DNA of 64,000 nt. It comes from Podarcis cretensis (Eukaryota). The notes beneath the pieces were generated by a model, which did not search any database, was not told the DNA's origin, and saw nothing but the letters and a program-made list of their open reading frames with translations. Below are positions 37,047 to 50,659 of the stretch, piece by piece; the first letter of the stretch is position 1; each line of letters begins with the position of its first letter. The position numbers and the translations under genes were made by a program. The stretch covers positions 23,932,001 through 23,996,000 of the forward strand of contig OX638164.1 in assembly GCA_951804945.1 (NCBI GenBank). Reading direction: 5' to 3'.

Positions 37047-37211
37047 GGGACATGGGTTAAACCACAGAGCCTAGGACTTGCCGATCAGAAGGTTGGCAGT
37101 TCGAATCCCCGCGATGGGATGAGCTCCCATTGCTCAGTCCCTGCTCCTGCTAACCTAGCAGTTTGAAAGCACCGTCAAAGAGTCGGACACGACTAAATCA
37201 CTAAACAACAA
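37047..37211 (+). mobile_element. Chimera: Sauria SINE 5' ~130 nt fused to a Bov-B LINE 3' terminus
   Basis: SINE sequence runs to ...gaaagcaccgtcaaag, then agtcggacacgactaaatcactaaacaacaa, which matches the Bov-B tail at 58250-58288 rather than the SINE tail. Confidence 0.8.
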
Positions 37212-37560
37212 TACCCAAAGGTCTCAGGGCAGTTCACAACAAGACCACAACATATAAAATCAAACCAAAAACAGTAACCCAATACCCCCCCAAAAGCCAC
37301 ATTCTAAAAGGGTATTGGATGTCTATAAGATCAACCAAAGGCCTAAAGGTGTATAATGAAGGTGCCAGGTGAACTTTCCTGGAGAGAGCATTCCATAGAT
37401 GGGGATCCACTGCAGAGAAGGCTCGTTCTCGTGTTCCCACCCTCTGGACATCTTGAGGAGGAGGCAAATGAAGGAGGGCCTCAGAAGTTGATCTCAGGGT
37501 CTGGGTAGGTTCATATGGGAAGAGGAGGTCCTTGAGGTATTGCAGTCCTGAAGCTGTCTT
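37212..37560 (-). mobile_element. L2-clade LINE 3' fragment; related 3' end at ~38440-38645
   Basis: GLQYLKDLLFPYEPTQTLRS..EALL...VGTRERAFSAVDPHLWNAL. Confidence 0.72.
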
Positions 37561-38053
37561 GGAAAATTCAGGACAGACCACAAAAAAGTACTTCTTCATG
37601 GAGCACAAAATTAAACTATAGACTAGATGGGCCATTGATTTGCTCCTGCAGGCTCTTCTTATGTTCCTATCTTCTTAATCTTGTAGCAGGATGGACAAGT
37701 GGTACTTGAAGAAAGACAAAGTGTTGATTAGGATTTCCTGTTAGTTAAATGCTATTTCCTCCCCACCCCACATTTTTGCAAGAATCAGAAAGTATCTCAA
37801 GGTGAACAGATTTAACACCTCTGATACAGATTCACCTCTGCAGCAATGATGTATGGGCATCACCCGTTCTTTCTCTCCGTCTCAACTGTAAAACACAAAT
37901 ACCAGGGGATGTTTAGCTCCTTAGCCTGCCTTTGGCCTCTCCAGACTGCTTACGGATTCTGCCTGCCATCTCCTCTTGCAAATCCTGTAGGATTTAATAT
38001 CCACTCTGTAATCTGTTGGCACCAATAGGCATTATCTAACTAAACCTTAAATT
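37434..38053 (+). repeat. Copy 2 (probable source) of the ~616-bp duplication
   Basis: As above; the L2 fragment continues uninterrupted past the left breakpoint only in this copy. Confidence 0.95.
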
Positions 38054-39259
38054 GAAAATGCGAGTCTCTCCATTTTCCCAGGCTGTCGAGAAAGAAGTTG
38101 GGGGCTCTTGGAGCCCAGTGTAATTTACTCTCCTGCTAATTAAACTATGTCCATCAGCTGCCCCTGCTGAAGCACTCGGTCGGCTGATATTACGGGGGCT
38201 TGAAGGCATCGCTGTGCATGAGTGGAACTGGCTGTCAGCCTGACCATGGCAAACTGTGACAATAGACTTAGTTGTGTGGGGTGCATACGTGTGTTGGAAG
38301 ATGCACATAAGAAAGTGGGTCATAAGAACTTCAGAAGATCCATGTGGATCAGACCAAAGGCCCATCTAGTTGAGCATCATATTCTCACAGTGTCTAACCA
38401 GATGCAATAACACTCTCTCCAATATGATGATGATGATGATGAATAATTATTATTATACTGCCCTATACCCGGAGGTCTCAGGGTACACAGAATAAAATCA
38501 AAACAGAAAATCACGAAAGACATTTTAAAAAACCAATACCCCCTCCAAAAAACTTCCACATTTTAAAAGGGCATAGGATGTCCATCAAATCAACTAAAGG
38601 TCTGGTTAAAGAGGAACATTTTGCCTGGCGCCTAAAGGTCTATAACCAACAGAGGCAGAACATAGTGGTCATGTCTAGTAGCCTTAATCTCCATGAATTT
38701 GTCTACTCCTTTTTTAAAGCCACCTAAGCTAATGGCCATTACTATGTCTTCTGGGAGCAAATTCCATCATTTAACAATGGCCTGTGTTAGGAAGCATTTA
38801 AAAACTTCTGGAATAGAGTATTCTCTATTATATATACAATTACAGGCCAACTCCACTCTCCAAATCCTGCCTTTAACCTGCAATCTTTGGACATGGACTT
38901 AGGCTCCACCCTGCACCACAGCGAACTAGTAGGCTTGTTACGGACCTCCACTTGATTAGCGATAGCTCAGCAATCGAAGAACCAGACTGAAACACCCTTG
39001 AATATATAGGAGAATAATATCTGGCATACAACAATGCCTGAGCATCTCACCAGACACAGGAGGGCAATTAAAGGCATAATGAATAGAAACACCTTCCAAA
39101 GCACATGGACCTCTTTCTTTAACTATGTTAATGACCCAAATCAAGACCTTCCTATAGCGACCACTCAGAATTCTCAGGGGTGGGATTACAATAAGTAATA
39201 TGTTTGAAGGTTGAATGTGTGTGTGTCCAGAGACAATGGATAAAACAAACAGCATTAGA

Positions 39260-39684
39260 TGTTGTTGTTATTTAGTCATGTCCGACTCTTCATGACCCCA
39301 TGGACCAGAGCACGCCAGGCACTCCTGTCTTCCCCTGTCTCCCGTAGTTTGGTCAAACTCATGCTGGTAGCTTTGAGAACACTATCCAACCATCTCGTCC
39401 TCTGACATCCCCTTCTCCTTATGCCCTCAAGCTTTCCCAACATCAGGATCTTTCCCAGGGAGTCTTCTCTTCTCATGAGGTGGCCAAAGTACTGGAGCCT
39501 CAGCTTCACAATCTGTCCTTCCAGTGAGCACTCAGGGCTGATTTCCTTCAGAATGGAGAGGTTTGATCTTCTTGCAGTCCACGGGACTCTCAAGAGTCTC
39601 CTCCAGCACCATAATTCAAAAGCATCAATTCTTCGGCGAAGAAAAGCATAAATTCTTCAGCTCTCACTACATACTGTTGGGAAA
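39260..39684 (-). mobile_element. Bov-B LINE 3' fragment
   Basis: ORF 39276..39593 encodes the same Bov-B peptide; (ttg)n tail at the left end. Confidence 0.92.
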
Positions 39685-39814
39685 GTGTTTAATGGTTATT
39701 GTATTTGTTTAAAAACCAATAAAATTGCTTTTTAAAAAAGGAAGCTCCTTTGTTTTTCTGTCATCTGTCCTAAATCATCCAACATTCAGCTTCATTGTCC
39801 TAGTACTTTACAAT

Positions 39815-40020
39815 CTCTATTTTGGGGTGGAACGACCAGAACTGCACACAATATTTCAAATGCAATCGCACCATAGATTTGTATAATGACATTATGTTAT
39901 CAGCAGTTTCATTTTCAATTCCTTTCCAAATGATCCCTAGCATCGAATTTGGCCTTTTTCACAGCTGGTGCATGCTGGGTCGACATCTGGACGGAGCTAT
40001 CCACCATGACCCTAAGGTCT
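39815..40020 (-). mobile_element. CR1 LINE RT fragment
   Basis: gaccagaactgcacacaatatttcaaatgc...ccaccatgaccctaaggtc is typical antisense CR1 ORF2. Confidence 0.65.
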
Positions 40021-42414
40021 TGTGCAATGGGCCAGAGCAGCTGATCCTCCAGCTCTATAGATTATTTCTTCAATATGTTGCTTTCCTGTGAAAAACACAC
40101 AAAGCAGTTTCCAGTTAATTGATTCCTGATTGGGAGTGCCTGGTGCTGCCCTTGAATTTCTAGAAATCAAACAATATTGTGAATTCTAAATGGAAGGTGT
40201 ACATTGTGAGTTTGGACCCTTCACTCCCGAAATTGGGTGGAGTCATGGCAAAGTCACAATTTAGTCTGCCACCTTGATTCAAAATGGTTCCTGGCATCCT
40301 AGATGACCCATGGGTCCCTTCCAGCTCTATGATTCTATGACTTCCATCTTCTCCTTGGAAATCCTCATGCTGAGTTTTGGGGAGATATCTCAAGAGGCAG
40401 CCAAACCTCTGACAAAAAAAGAGAGAGAGTCAAAGACATGCTAAAGTCATGCCTGGTATCGAAATATTGATGAAGACTGCCACCCTCACCTCTGGAACCC
40501 TCATGCCAAGTATGGCAACAATATCTCCACAGATGGTCGAACCTATGCTAAAAAATGAATGCAGTCACATCCAAGTCATGTTTGGGTCCACCATCTTGCT
40601 TCAAAATGGCACCCAAACACCAACATAGGCCCTCACCTCAGGAACCCTTGTTCAGAGTTTGGTGACAATATCTTGAGAGCTGGCTGAATCTATAGAAAAT
40701 GAATGGACAAATGGACAAGCCACTTTTCAAAATATGCAGCTGATCACGTTTCTATCCCACCTTTCCTCCAAGGAGCTCAAGGATAAGGTAGATGTTACTC
40801 CCTCTCCCCATTTAAGCCTATGAAGTGGGTTAAGCAGAGAGCCAGTGGCAGACCCAAGGTCACCCAGTGAGCTTCAGGGCTGAGTAAAGTTTTGAACTCT
40901 GGACTCCCAAGTCCTAGTCAGACACTCTATCACCATACCACTACTGGTTCTTAGCAAATGAATGAAACATTTTGTTTGATGAAATATGAAAAATTTAAAT
41001 TTAAAATATATGTACAATAAGACTACAGTCCTATACTCCAGAGGTAGCCTTCTAGATGTTGTGGACTATGAGTCTCACCACCCCTGACTGTTGGCCATGC
41101 TTGCTTGGGCTGATGGAAATTGTAATCCAAACTATCTGGAGGGCACTATGTTGACTACGCATGCTCCAAAGCAAGAGTGGGGAACCTTTGCCCCCCCCCA
41201 AAGTGTTGCTGAGCTACACCTGCCATCAGCCCCAGCAAGCATGCCCAATGGCCGGGGATGATGAGAGTTGAAGCTAGGTAACATCTGGAGGACCAAAGTT
41301 TTTTGACGCCTTCTCTAAAAAATCTGCCTCAGCACAATGTCCAGTACAGGCCCAGTCCATAAGGACATGAGACGAGTCTGGTGGACCAGACCAAATGCAC
41401 ATCTGGTCCAACATCCTGTTCTCACAGTGGATGACCAGAAGCTTGTGGGAAGCCTGCAAGGTGGAAATGAGCACAACAGTGCCTTGCCCACCTGCAATGG
41501 CCAACAACTGGAACACAGCAGCGACAATCTCGTGCTCTGCAGATGCACTCTCAGAACCAGATAGAGGCCATCCCAGTCCGCCAACCCCTATGGCCAATAC
41601 TTTGTTCATAACATCTGTTGGCCCACCAGCAGGCTCGGTAAACAGGTTTAACTGGAACGAGAGGAAGTGAGAGAGAATCCCAGACACCAGTGTTCTTTCA
41701 TTTAGTCCACCCATATATGAATGATCAAGCTGATGATTAACCTTCCTCAGTGCTGTGCTTCCAAGAGAAGGAAGCATATTTCCTGAAACTCTTCCTGCGC
41801 TTGCCCTTTGGACGTCATCACAGGCAAACCGTTGAGCCCTGAATATCACTGAGCAATGTTCATTTTCTTTGATGATTTCCCATTTTTATTAGGAAAAGGG
41901 GGGGGGGGAGAATCCCACACAAATCAGTAAGCAAAGAAAGAAAAAATCTAGACAATCCTTTCCAGCATCACTTGACTAGATTTGGTTTCATAATAATAAT
42001 CCAAAAATATGAACAGTTGTTCCGATGAATGGATAGTGCAAAATTCAAGCAAGGCTTTGTTTAATAATCATCGGGTTTGGTGGCTGGGCAATTCACAGGA
42101 CCGGTGCTGTTACTCTGACTCTTGTTGTAAAAAAAGAGAGAAAGCATTAGAAAAAGGTTAACTGCTTGCCTAGGAGGTTTATGGTCCTTAAAGCTGCCTG
42201 CATTAGAGTAGTTATCACAGGCAAACCTTTGACTTGACCACTTTTGTTAAGGGTGCTGAGAATTGTTAGGAGACACCTGTTCCCCTTCAAGAGTGACAAT
42301 TTCAATAGTGACCAGAGAAAAGGGATTGATTATTAAATCACTCTCGGAATTGTAGGTCTGGAAGGAGAATAACAACTTAACAACTTTCAGCATCCTTAAC
42401 AAACTAAACTTCCC

Positions 42415-42417
<3 letters not shown>

Positions 42418-42451
<34 letters not shown>
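42418..42451. repeat. (GT)n microsatellite
   Basis: Direct reading. Confidence 0.95.
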
Positions 42452-42454
<3 letters not shown>

Positions 42455-43154
42455 GGCTGTTTAAGGTGGTATTATACTGCTCTAAATTTCCAGTACAAAT
42501 GGGGCCTGGCTAACTCTAGGAAGCTCGCAAGCATGACATAAAAGAAATTGCTATTGCTTTCCAGCAACTGGTAGCAAGTGGTGTGCTGTCTCTGAACATG
42601 GAAGGTCCATACAGTCATCATAACTAGTAGGAATATGGAAACTCTTTATTTCCTAGGCCAGGAATGGGGAACCCATGAACCTCTAGATGTTGATAGTCTA
42701 TATCATCCCTGACCATTGGTGATGCTGATTGGAGTTGAGGGGAGTTGGAGTCCAAAAACATCTGGAGGGTCACAGAGTCCACTCCAATGACCTAGGTGGT
42801 GCTTCAAAGCAGAGGTAGTTGGCATAGAATCCCTCATATCAGTCCCAGTCAGCATGATGAATGGCCAGGGATGATGGAAATTGTATTCCAGCCACGTTAG
42901 GAGGGAATGACAATTGCTATCCCTTCTCCAAAGGGTCCTTCTGGTGACTTGCCATGTAGATTAGCCTCATGCAGGGCTATGGGATCCCAGTTCTGGCCCC
43001 AGGTGGCTCTTGCCTATGGCTGTGATAGTCTGATTCCAGGTTAAAACACCATTTCTGAGGTTGGTCATACTGGTGGTGGACAGAATGTCCAGATTTCACT
43101 GTATAGAGACAAGGAGCTGTTGAGTTCTCTGTTGTAGCTACATCTCAAGTAAAA

Positions 43155-43157
<3 letters not shown>

Positions 43158-43207
<50 letters not shown>

Positions 43208-43230
43208 TCACACACAAACACACACACACA
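43158..43230. repeat. Compound (CT)n(CA)n microsatellite
   Basis: Direct reading. Confidence 0.92.
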
Positions 43231-44181
43231 CGATAAGCACCATTCATTCCACCCCCTCATTCCATCCTACCAGCCACTCCACCATTCATGCAAGCTAATG
43301 GGATTAACCTAAATGCACACAGACACTACTGGAAGGGGGGGGGGAACATGAATCAAAACATCCCGCTTAAATTACACCAAATTGTGCCCTTGTGCCTTTT
43401 CATAACTCTGTGTTCATCCCTGTCTCTTGCACAGCTGTGGTAAACATCTCGGCAGGTGTGTTTGGAGGGGGTCAAATGTGGGGCTGGAGGAGATCTCAGT
43501 ACTCGGTGCTGACTGGAGAATGTTGAGATTGGTGGGGATGGAAGGCAAGGAGCCCAACAGTAGGTGGCAACACAACCCATGACAGGCTGAGTCAAGTAAT
43601 TCTAGTTTTGTCCCTCTCCTCCTCCTTGCTGAATTCCGCAAAGTGAATAGAGGAGGAAGCAGCTGGTGGTCAGTGCCACCCCTGAGCTGGTTATTAGAGA
43701 AAAAGGCAGGCAGGTGGAGGGAGGTGGCTGAGGACAGCCTGCCCTTGCTGGGGCAGAACCCCATTTGTCCTGATGGTCCAACCTACACTGCCTGGCAGAG
43801 GGTGGGGAACCGATCTCAGCCCTTTCTTTCATTGATAGGAAAGGGTTCAACCCTTTACCCTCCTCCCTCCCTGATTTGGGTCCCATGCTGGATTGGGGAA
43901 CCATACCTGCTATTTTTACTATTTTTTAAAAAATCACACATTTGCTCATTGTGCACGTGAGGCCACACTTCAACTCCTATCCCAAGGTTTCTAAAACTTG
44001 GGACTCGAGCTGTTTTTGGACTACAACTCCCACCATCCCTGAACACTGGTCCTGCTAGCTCAGGATGATGGGAGTTGTAGTCCAAAAAACAGCTTGACAC
44101 TCAAGTTTATTCAAGGAGCAAGATAGAAGCTGAGGCAGCTGGCAGGGCTCATGCATCAGCCCACATGTGTTTTCTGTAGAC

Positions 44182-44312
44182 CAGGGATGGGGAACCTGTG
44201 GCCCGAGAGATGCTGCTGGACTACAACTCCCATCATCTTTGGCCATTGGCCACCCTAGCTGGGGCTGTTGGGTCCAGCAGCATCTGGAGAACCAGAGGCT
44301 CCCACTCCCTGC
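44182..44312. mobile_element. Short hAT MITE of the 'ggactacaactcccatc...gatgggagttgtagtcc' family; other copies near 7062, 9960, 13500, 15805, 41040, 41172, 42657, 43982, 45133, 60278
   Basis: cagggatggggaacc...ggctcccactccctg ends with an internal palindromic core that recurs more than 10 times in the window. Confidence 0.7.
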
Positions 44313-44619
44313 GGTTGACAGAGGAAGGTGCTGATAAACAGCATCATGTTCCCTCTTTCATGTTCCTTCCGCATGAATAAAATCTGAGCTAATCTCAGAA
44401 ATGATTTTGAAGTGCTTATGATGACACTAATGCCACCTAAGTGCTTAAAGACAGCACTTGGTGTGTGTTTTAATGTGTTGGTGAAAAGATTAGCTAACTG
44501 CAGTCATCTCAGATTTGATGGCTTGGTTCAAAACCTTTTAAAGTCAATCAGAAAACACAGGCTGGGGGAGAGGGGGTCAGAGCAGGGAAGTGGGGCTTGG
44601 TTCAGACAATGACGGGACT

Positions 44620-44835
44620 CATCATATCACTCAAACTAGGGGACATCCAATGAAGCTGAACACTGGAAGATTTAAAAGAGACAAAAGAAAGTTTGTTCTC
44701 TGCCCACACACAGCACATTGTTAAACTATGGAACTCACTCTTATAGGAGGCAGTGATGGCCAACAGCTAGAATGGCTTTAAAAGAGGATTCAGCATATTC
44801 ATGGAAGAGAAGGTTCTCAATGGCTACTAGCCCTG
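44620..44835 (+). mobile_element. CR1 3' fragment; similar fragments at ~16000-16340 and 1870-1930
   Basis: aactaggggacatccaatgaagctgaa...ggaagatt...gacaaaagaaag...ttaaactatggaactcact motif. Confidence 0.6.
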
Positions 44836-46382
44836 ATGCTCTACCTGCACTGTCAAAGGCAGGGTACTCTCTGAACATCAGCTGCTAGGGAGAAAAGGAG
44901 GGGAGACTTCTTTTGCACCGCAGTCCTGCTTATAGGTTTCCCACAGGCATCTGGGTGGCCACTGTGGGAAGAGGATGCTGGACAAGTTGGGCTCTGGACC
45001 AGATTCAGCAGGCTCTTTTTACATTCTTAGGACACAACTTTTTAGGGACACGGAAAGCTGCCTTATTATAAGGATGGATACTTTGTCCATTCAGCCAAGT
45101 ATAGTCTATTCTGGCTGGGAGTTCCTCTCTAGGCCAGTGGTAGGGCATCTGTGGCCCTCTAGATGCTGCTGAACTGCAATTCCCATCATTCTTGATGATG
45201 CTGGCCATGCTGGAAGGGGACTGATAGGAGCTGGAGTCCACCATGGTTGGATGATCACTGGCTCTTCAACCCGGCCATGGACCACTTTGCTGCTACAGAT
45301 GGATGCTGTGGATATTGGTTGCTTTTACGAAAGAGCAAATCAGCCCATTTCTGGACTGTGTCCCTTTCATGCGACTTCATCCAGTTTAATTTGAAGACAA
45401 CCCTACCTAACTTGCACTTTTCAAAACAACACGAGAACTGAACCACACATATTCATCAAAATTCACACTTCTCTGAATTTTGTAGTTCAGTTCTCCGGCC
45501 AGGTAATATGGACGCGCATGGGTAAAGGCACATTTTGTGTGTGAAAATAACACAAAATTCATTATATTAGGCAAAATTGCATCATCTTCTGGAATTCCTC
45601 CCACTTCCCATTGCATCTTATTAATTACAGCTTTAGCAAGATGCATTGAAATAAACCAGCATGAAAGAAGCAGGCCAGGGCAAAATCTAAGATAGAATGT
45701 TGATCAGCACAATAAAAAACTGTGATTTAAAGAGTGGGGAGAATGCAGGAAACCAGCAATTAACTCCCAGATCATTGTTTGCCAAATAGATTAAGACAAT
45801 GCCATATACAGACAGAAAGAGAGGCATGGAAAAAGCTGTAATTAGGCCAATAACAATAAAAACTACGATAAAATTGCCAGTGATCAATAAGCACAACAAG
45901 AAATGATATTCAGGTGGCTTTGCAGCTCCATGGCCTTTTTACTGTCTGGAATAGCTGATTATATGTTGTGCAGTTCTGCAGAAGTGTAAGAGCTGTAAAC
46001 TGTAGAAGTGCGAATTGGGGATGGGCAGAATGTAGATCTCGGTCTATTGGTAGATCTCTGAATGATCAGCAATAGATTGTCAAATATTTTTGACTCTCAA
46101 TTATTTAACAATAGTGTGTGGGGGATGACTCCCACCCTCAATTATACTACTGAAATGAAGGAAGTGTTGGGTAAGCAGGAAAGGATTTCTATGTAGAAAG
46201 ACAGTGAGATCTATTCAGTTCTGTTTTTCCAAGTCCTGGAATCCTTTAATTATAAATGTAGTTTAGTGATGAAGGAAAAAAATTGATTCAGTATGTATGT
46301 ATCTAAAGCCAAATTTATCAAATTTGCACTTTCCAAAACAATATTCAAACTGAAGCACAGCTACCCTTCAAATTTGCACATT

Positions 46383-46574
46383 CAGGCTGGCCCAAGACAT
46401 TTTGGCACCCAAGGTGGACCCCAAAATGGTGCCCCCTCCCCACCAGGGAAGAAGGGCTCAAGGAAGATCTACATCAGGAAGAAAACAGGGGAAGAAAGAT
46501 TGACATTGGGATCTGCTACCCTGGTGAACCCTGAGGCGGTTGCTTCACTTTGCCTCATGGGTGGGCCGGCCCTG
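46383..46574. mobile_element. hAT (Tip100-like) MITE nested in the AT-rich element
   Basis: Ends caggctggccc / gggccggccctg; GC-rich island inside an AT-rich repeat. Confidence 0.55.
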
Positions 46575-49500
46575 GCACTTATCCACATTTTGTTCTGCAG
46601 GTCACCAGCCAGTGTTTTAAAAAAGGCTTATATTAGGGGGAAGTGTGCTTACAGATGGATACACTAGTGAAAGTACCATGACATGTGTTCACTTAGGGGG
46701 AATTGCTTGCAAAAATGTGTAAATTAGTCAAAACTGCACCCAAATGTGTTTATTAGGAGAAATTCACACTAAAATGCTGGTGGATTTTCATGAGGATTTT
46801 TTTTAAAAAAATCATGAACTATAGCAAAATGGGGAGAACGGAATTAAAAATTGCAAAAATTAGAAATGAAATTGGCAGATCCTTTCATCCTTATTGTAGT
46901 CTTATGTGCCAAATTCCAGTTGGTGGACCTCAGAATTCTGGTTAAAAATATGGTAAATATTGCAAGTGGACACCTAACCCATGGTCTTTCACTCCAACCT
47001 TTGCTCCTACTATTACCCCATCATTGACCAACCTACTTATTCCAGACCCACAGCTTACAACAAACTAAGGCCACTATGATTTCAATTTAGATCCTTCTCC
47101 CTCCACACCTTGAATTTGCATCAGGAAAGGTCCATAGCTCAATGGTAGAGCATCTGAGATGCATGCAGAAGGTTGCAGGTTCAATCTTCAGAATCTCCAT
47201 GTAAATCCAGGAGCTACTTCTGTCTGAAACCCCGGAGTCATTGTAAACAATACTGAGTTACATGGGTCAATGGTCTGACTGAGAATAAAGTAGTTGGCTG
47301 TGTTCCTAAAACAAACTTCCGGATGGATTGTGGGAGTTATTTCCCCCCAATGCATATTGCAAGGGCATAAGCTGGGTCTGGGTCTGCATCAGGAACCCGG
47401 GGAGGGCAATATTTCAGGGTCATAGCATGGGGATGACCAGGGGGTTGTAGCCCCGGTCACAAGATTTTGAGAGGAGGTGAGCCAGGCACCTCCATGTCCC
47501 TGCCTGACTGCCTCCAGTTGGTCTCTGGGGCATGGAACCCTGGCCCCCTCACTGAATGGTTGCCCAGCTAGCGTTGGTGGGATGTACCCACCAAGGGTTG
47601 CATTGGCTAGCCAGGCTCCCCCCTGCATGGGCAGGTGGGCAGGCGGGCAGGCTGTACAACATGGCCCCATGAACCCTCCATGCCCCATGCCTGTCCAGCA
47701 GCAGTGCTGGCCAGAGTTGGTCTGGCCCCGCCTGTTTTGTTCATCTTCCACGCCTAGCTCCTGGTCCCATGTGATGTGTGTGCATGCCTGCGCTCCAAGT
47801 GCCAATAAAGGATTCAGTGCCACTGTGAGATTTAAAGCCCTCCTACAGAGTACCAATCCAGATCAAACCCACAAGGTGCTGACAACTTCTGTAAAAAAAC
47901 AACAACCCCAAAAACCCTATACTTAAGGTCACAGGTACATAACTGATGTATTTTGTTGTTTGACCCTTCCCCTCTTCATCAAATGAGAGCCTCATTCGCT
48001 GTAGATTTATTCCACAAACATTGTTTTGCTGGAGGGCTTTTTAGCCACGCCAAGGCCATCACTCTCAAAACCATAAACAAACTTGATTCAGTTATTTATT
48101 CACACTCCCTGCCCCCCCCCCAAGTAGCCATGCCTTCTTCCTAGGAAAAAATATATATTCATGTACGTATATACATCCTGGGATGGAGTGTGGGCATAAG
48201 CTATAATTTTCCATAATTGCTTCCGAACAGCAGAAAACCCTATTATATTTTCATTCGGCGCAGGGATATGCATGGTCTCCTAGGGTACTTCTCAGTTTTT
48301 CTCTCTCTTCCAAATTACACAATGGCTGTTGTAATAACATCCTTCCTCCCAGCAGAGATGCTTTTCAGAGGGAGTATTTGACCTTTGGCGAAAAGGGCCT
48401 TGGAAGTTTTAAATGCAGCTACTTCCACCGCAAAGTGGGATGGGCTCCTTTCAGCTTTTCTGCACCCCCTGGTGTGACACCCACCCGGGCCACATTCTGC
48501 ATGTTTCGGTTGACATTTTCAGAATTGTGGAAGTGGCACCTCCACCTTTTTAGTCATGGGAGAGAAACTAGACCCACCAGGAGGGACCGTGATGCACTTT
48601 GCATGCATAATTCCCCCCCCCCCGTGCAGGTTACATTTCTATGTAAAAAAGCAGATGTCGTGTGATGGGAAAGACCCTCTCTCTGCTTGAGAAAGCCAAT
48701 GCCAGTCGGCACACATAATTCTGGGCAAGGCAGACAATAGTCAAATTTGGTAATGTTGCTTTCTATGCTTGAAGCTAGGAAGATGAAACTCAGCCACCCT
48801 CCCAACCTCACCCATTAACAGCTACTGACTTTTTATATCATCTACAAAAGTTCCACTTTATTTAGCAAGCTTGGCTTTTGGACCTGGATGGGTTTTCTGC
48901 AGAACCTGAGCTGCTGGATCTAAGAAGTTCTCTTTGTAACATCTCAGCTAGTTTTCTGAATGCTTTACTCATTTCAGTCCCACATTCGTTCAGATGGGCT
49001 CAGATCTTAGCATGCAATTGCCTCTTTTTCTGCTTCCTGATTTACCTGTGGCTCCTTCCTAGGTGTTCCACTGTTTCTCAAAGAGTGGGCCAGGGTGCCC
49101 AGTTGGCCTCAGACCTTTTCCAAGTGAGCCTTAATACCACAGCTTGCCCAGTGCCTCCTCACTTGCCTGCATTGCTCTGCCCCTCAGCTGTGCCATAGCC
49201 TTTGGGCTAGACCAATGCTAGCACTGCAACTGTCTGCAAGTTGACTCAAGACTGCTGGGAGACAGAGAAGCTCACCAAGAGAGGGGAGGAAAGTCTCTTC
49301 TGAGGGAGAAGGGCCTGAAAGAAATGCGGAAGAGAGCTAAAGAGGTGAAGAGTTTAAGGGATTGGAGAAGGAAGCTGTAAAGGAAGGGAGAAATGAATGT
49401 AAAAGGAGAAGTTAGGAGGGACAAAAGCAACTGGTGGTTGGGGGGAATAAGGTGAATGTTGAGTTTAAAAGGAAAATAGTAGAAGAAATAACAGGAGATT

Positions 49501-49660
49501 GGAAGGCATGTTGGGACAGGAAGGCAAACATAGTAAGTCAAAAATCTCTCTCCATTTAGAGATCGGAACTAGCAGATTATGTCTAAAGGGGGGGGGCGAG
49601 TCTCAACACCTCCAGAAGCCAATGTTTGCACTTGAGGAAAGCTGAGCTATGGAATTTCTA

Positions 49661-49997
49661 AAGGTAAAGGTAAAGGGACCCCTGACCATTAGGTCCAGTC
49701 ATGACCGACTCTGGGGTTGTGGCACTCATCTCTCTTTATTGGCCAAGGGAGCCGGCGTACAGCTTCCAGGTCATGTGGCCAGCATGGCTAAGCTGCTTCT
49801 GGCAAACCAGAGCAGTGCACGGAAATGCCGTTTACCTTCCTGCCGGAGCGGTACCTATTTATCTACTTGCATTTTGACGTGGCAGGAGCAGGGACCAAGC
49901 AACGGGAGCTCACCCTGCCGCGGGGATTCGAACCGCCCACCTTCTGATTGGCAAGTCCTAGGCTCTGTGGTTTAACCCACAGTGCCACCCGCATCCC
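49661..49997 (-). mobile_element. Sauria SINE
   Basis: Reverse complement of the SINE consensus; TSD atggaat(t/c)tcta at 49649-49660 and 49998-50009. Confidence 0.93.
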
Positions 49998-50659
49998 ATG
50001 GAATCTCTAGCTACAAAAAAAAACACACATTGTGGCAAAGAGAGGTTCCATTTTAATAGGAGATTATCAGTAACTGCTAGCTGATTAGGCCAAATTCCAG
50101 CTCCACTGGCTGCCATTTTGTGAAGAGTTCTGCCCCAGCACCTCAATATTTTTCAGCCCTCTCCAGACAGCCCTGAGGGTACAAAGTTTGAGAACCCCAT
50201 CCCTATTTAGCCCCAGTCCTTCTGGGACATGGAGTTAAGCTGTCTAGATGCTCAGATGTGACCCCAGCCCCCACACTATCCTATTTTCAAACATATTCCC
50301 TTTTCTTCTCTTCCTACATGGCAACCTTTGTCCTAAGCTTTCAAAGCCTTCATAAAAATGAATAAGAGAAACTTCATAAATAAAGAATATGGTCTTTAGG
50401 TCAAGGATGTATCACAAAAATAATTGCCTAGTGAGGGGAATATTCTTTAAAATATTTCACATTGCTGTATTTTTCTTTTATCCCAGCATCTATATCTAAT
50501 CAAGGAGTTGATTTCTCTCAATGCTCCCTTCAATTTAGCTTCCTTTTGATTGCTATGATATCCAGTGACTTCCCGGGAAAAGAAATTGTACAGTGTAGGT
50601 AGAGAATAGGATATATACATCTATACACACGTGCACTCCAGGTGTAAAAATCTCAAGTC

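Noticed and set aside
40434-40454. p63/p53-like double half-site (AGACATGCTA-A-AGTCATGCCT)
   Set aside because: Tempting because TRIM29 is reported as a p63 target, but it is imperfect, has a spacer and such matches are expected by chance.
41274-41849. 191-aa minus-strand ORF (longest in the track)
   Set aside because: It spans MITE and SINE/CR1-associated repeat fragments; no domain-like sequence or splice support.
47329-47884. Possible LTR and overlapping 149/155-aa ORFs
   Set aside because: GC-rich block with an AATAAA, but I could not find convincing termini or a TSD; the ORFs are low-information.
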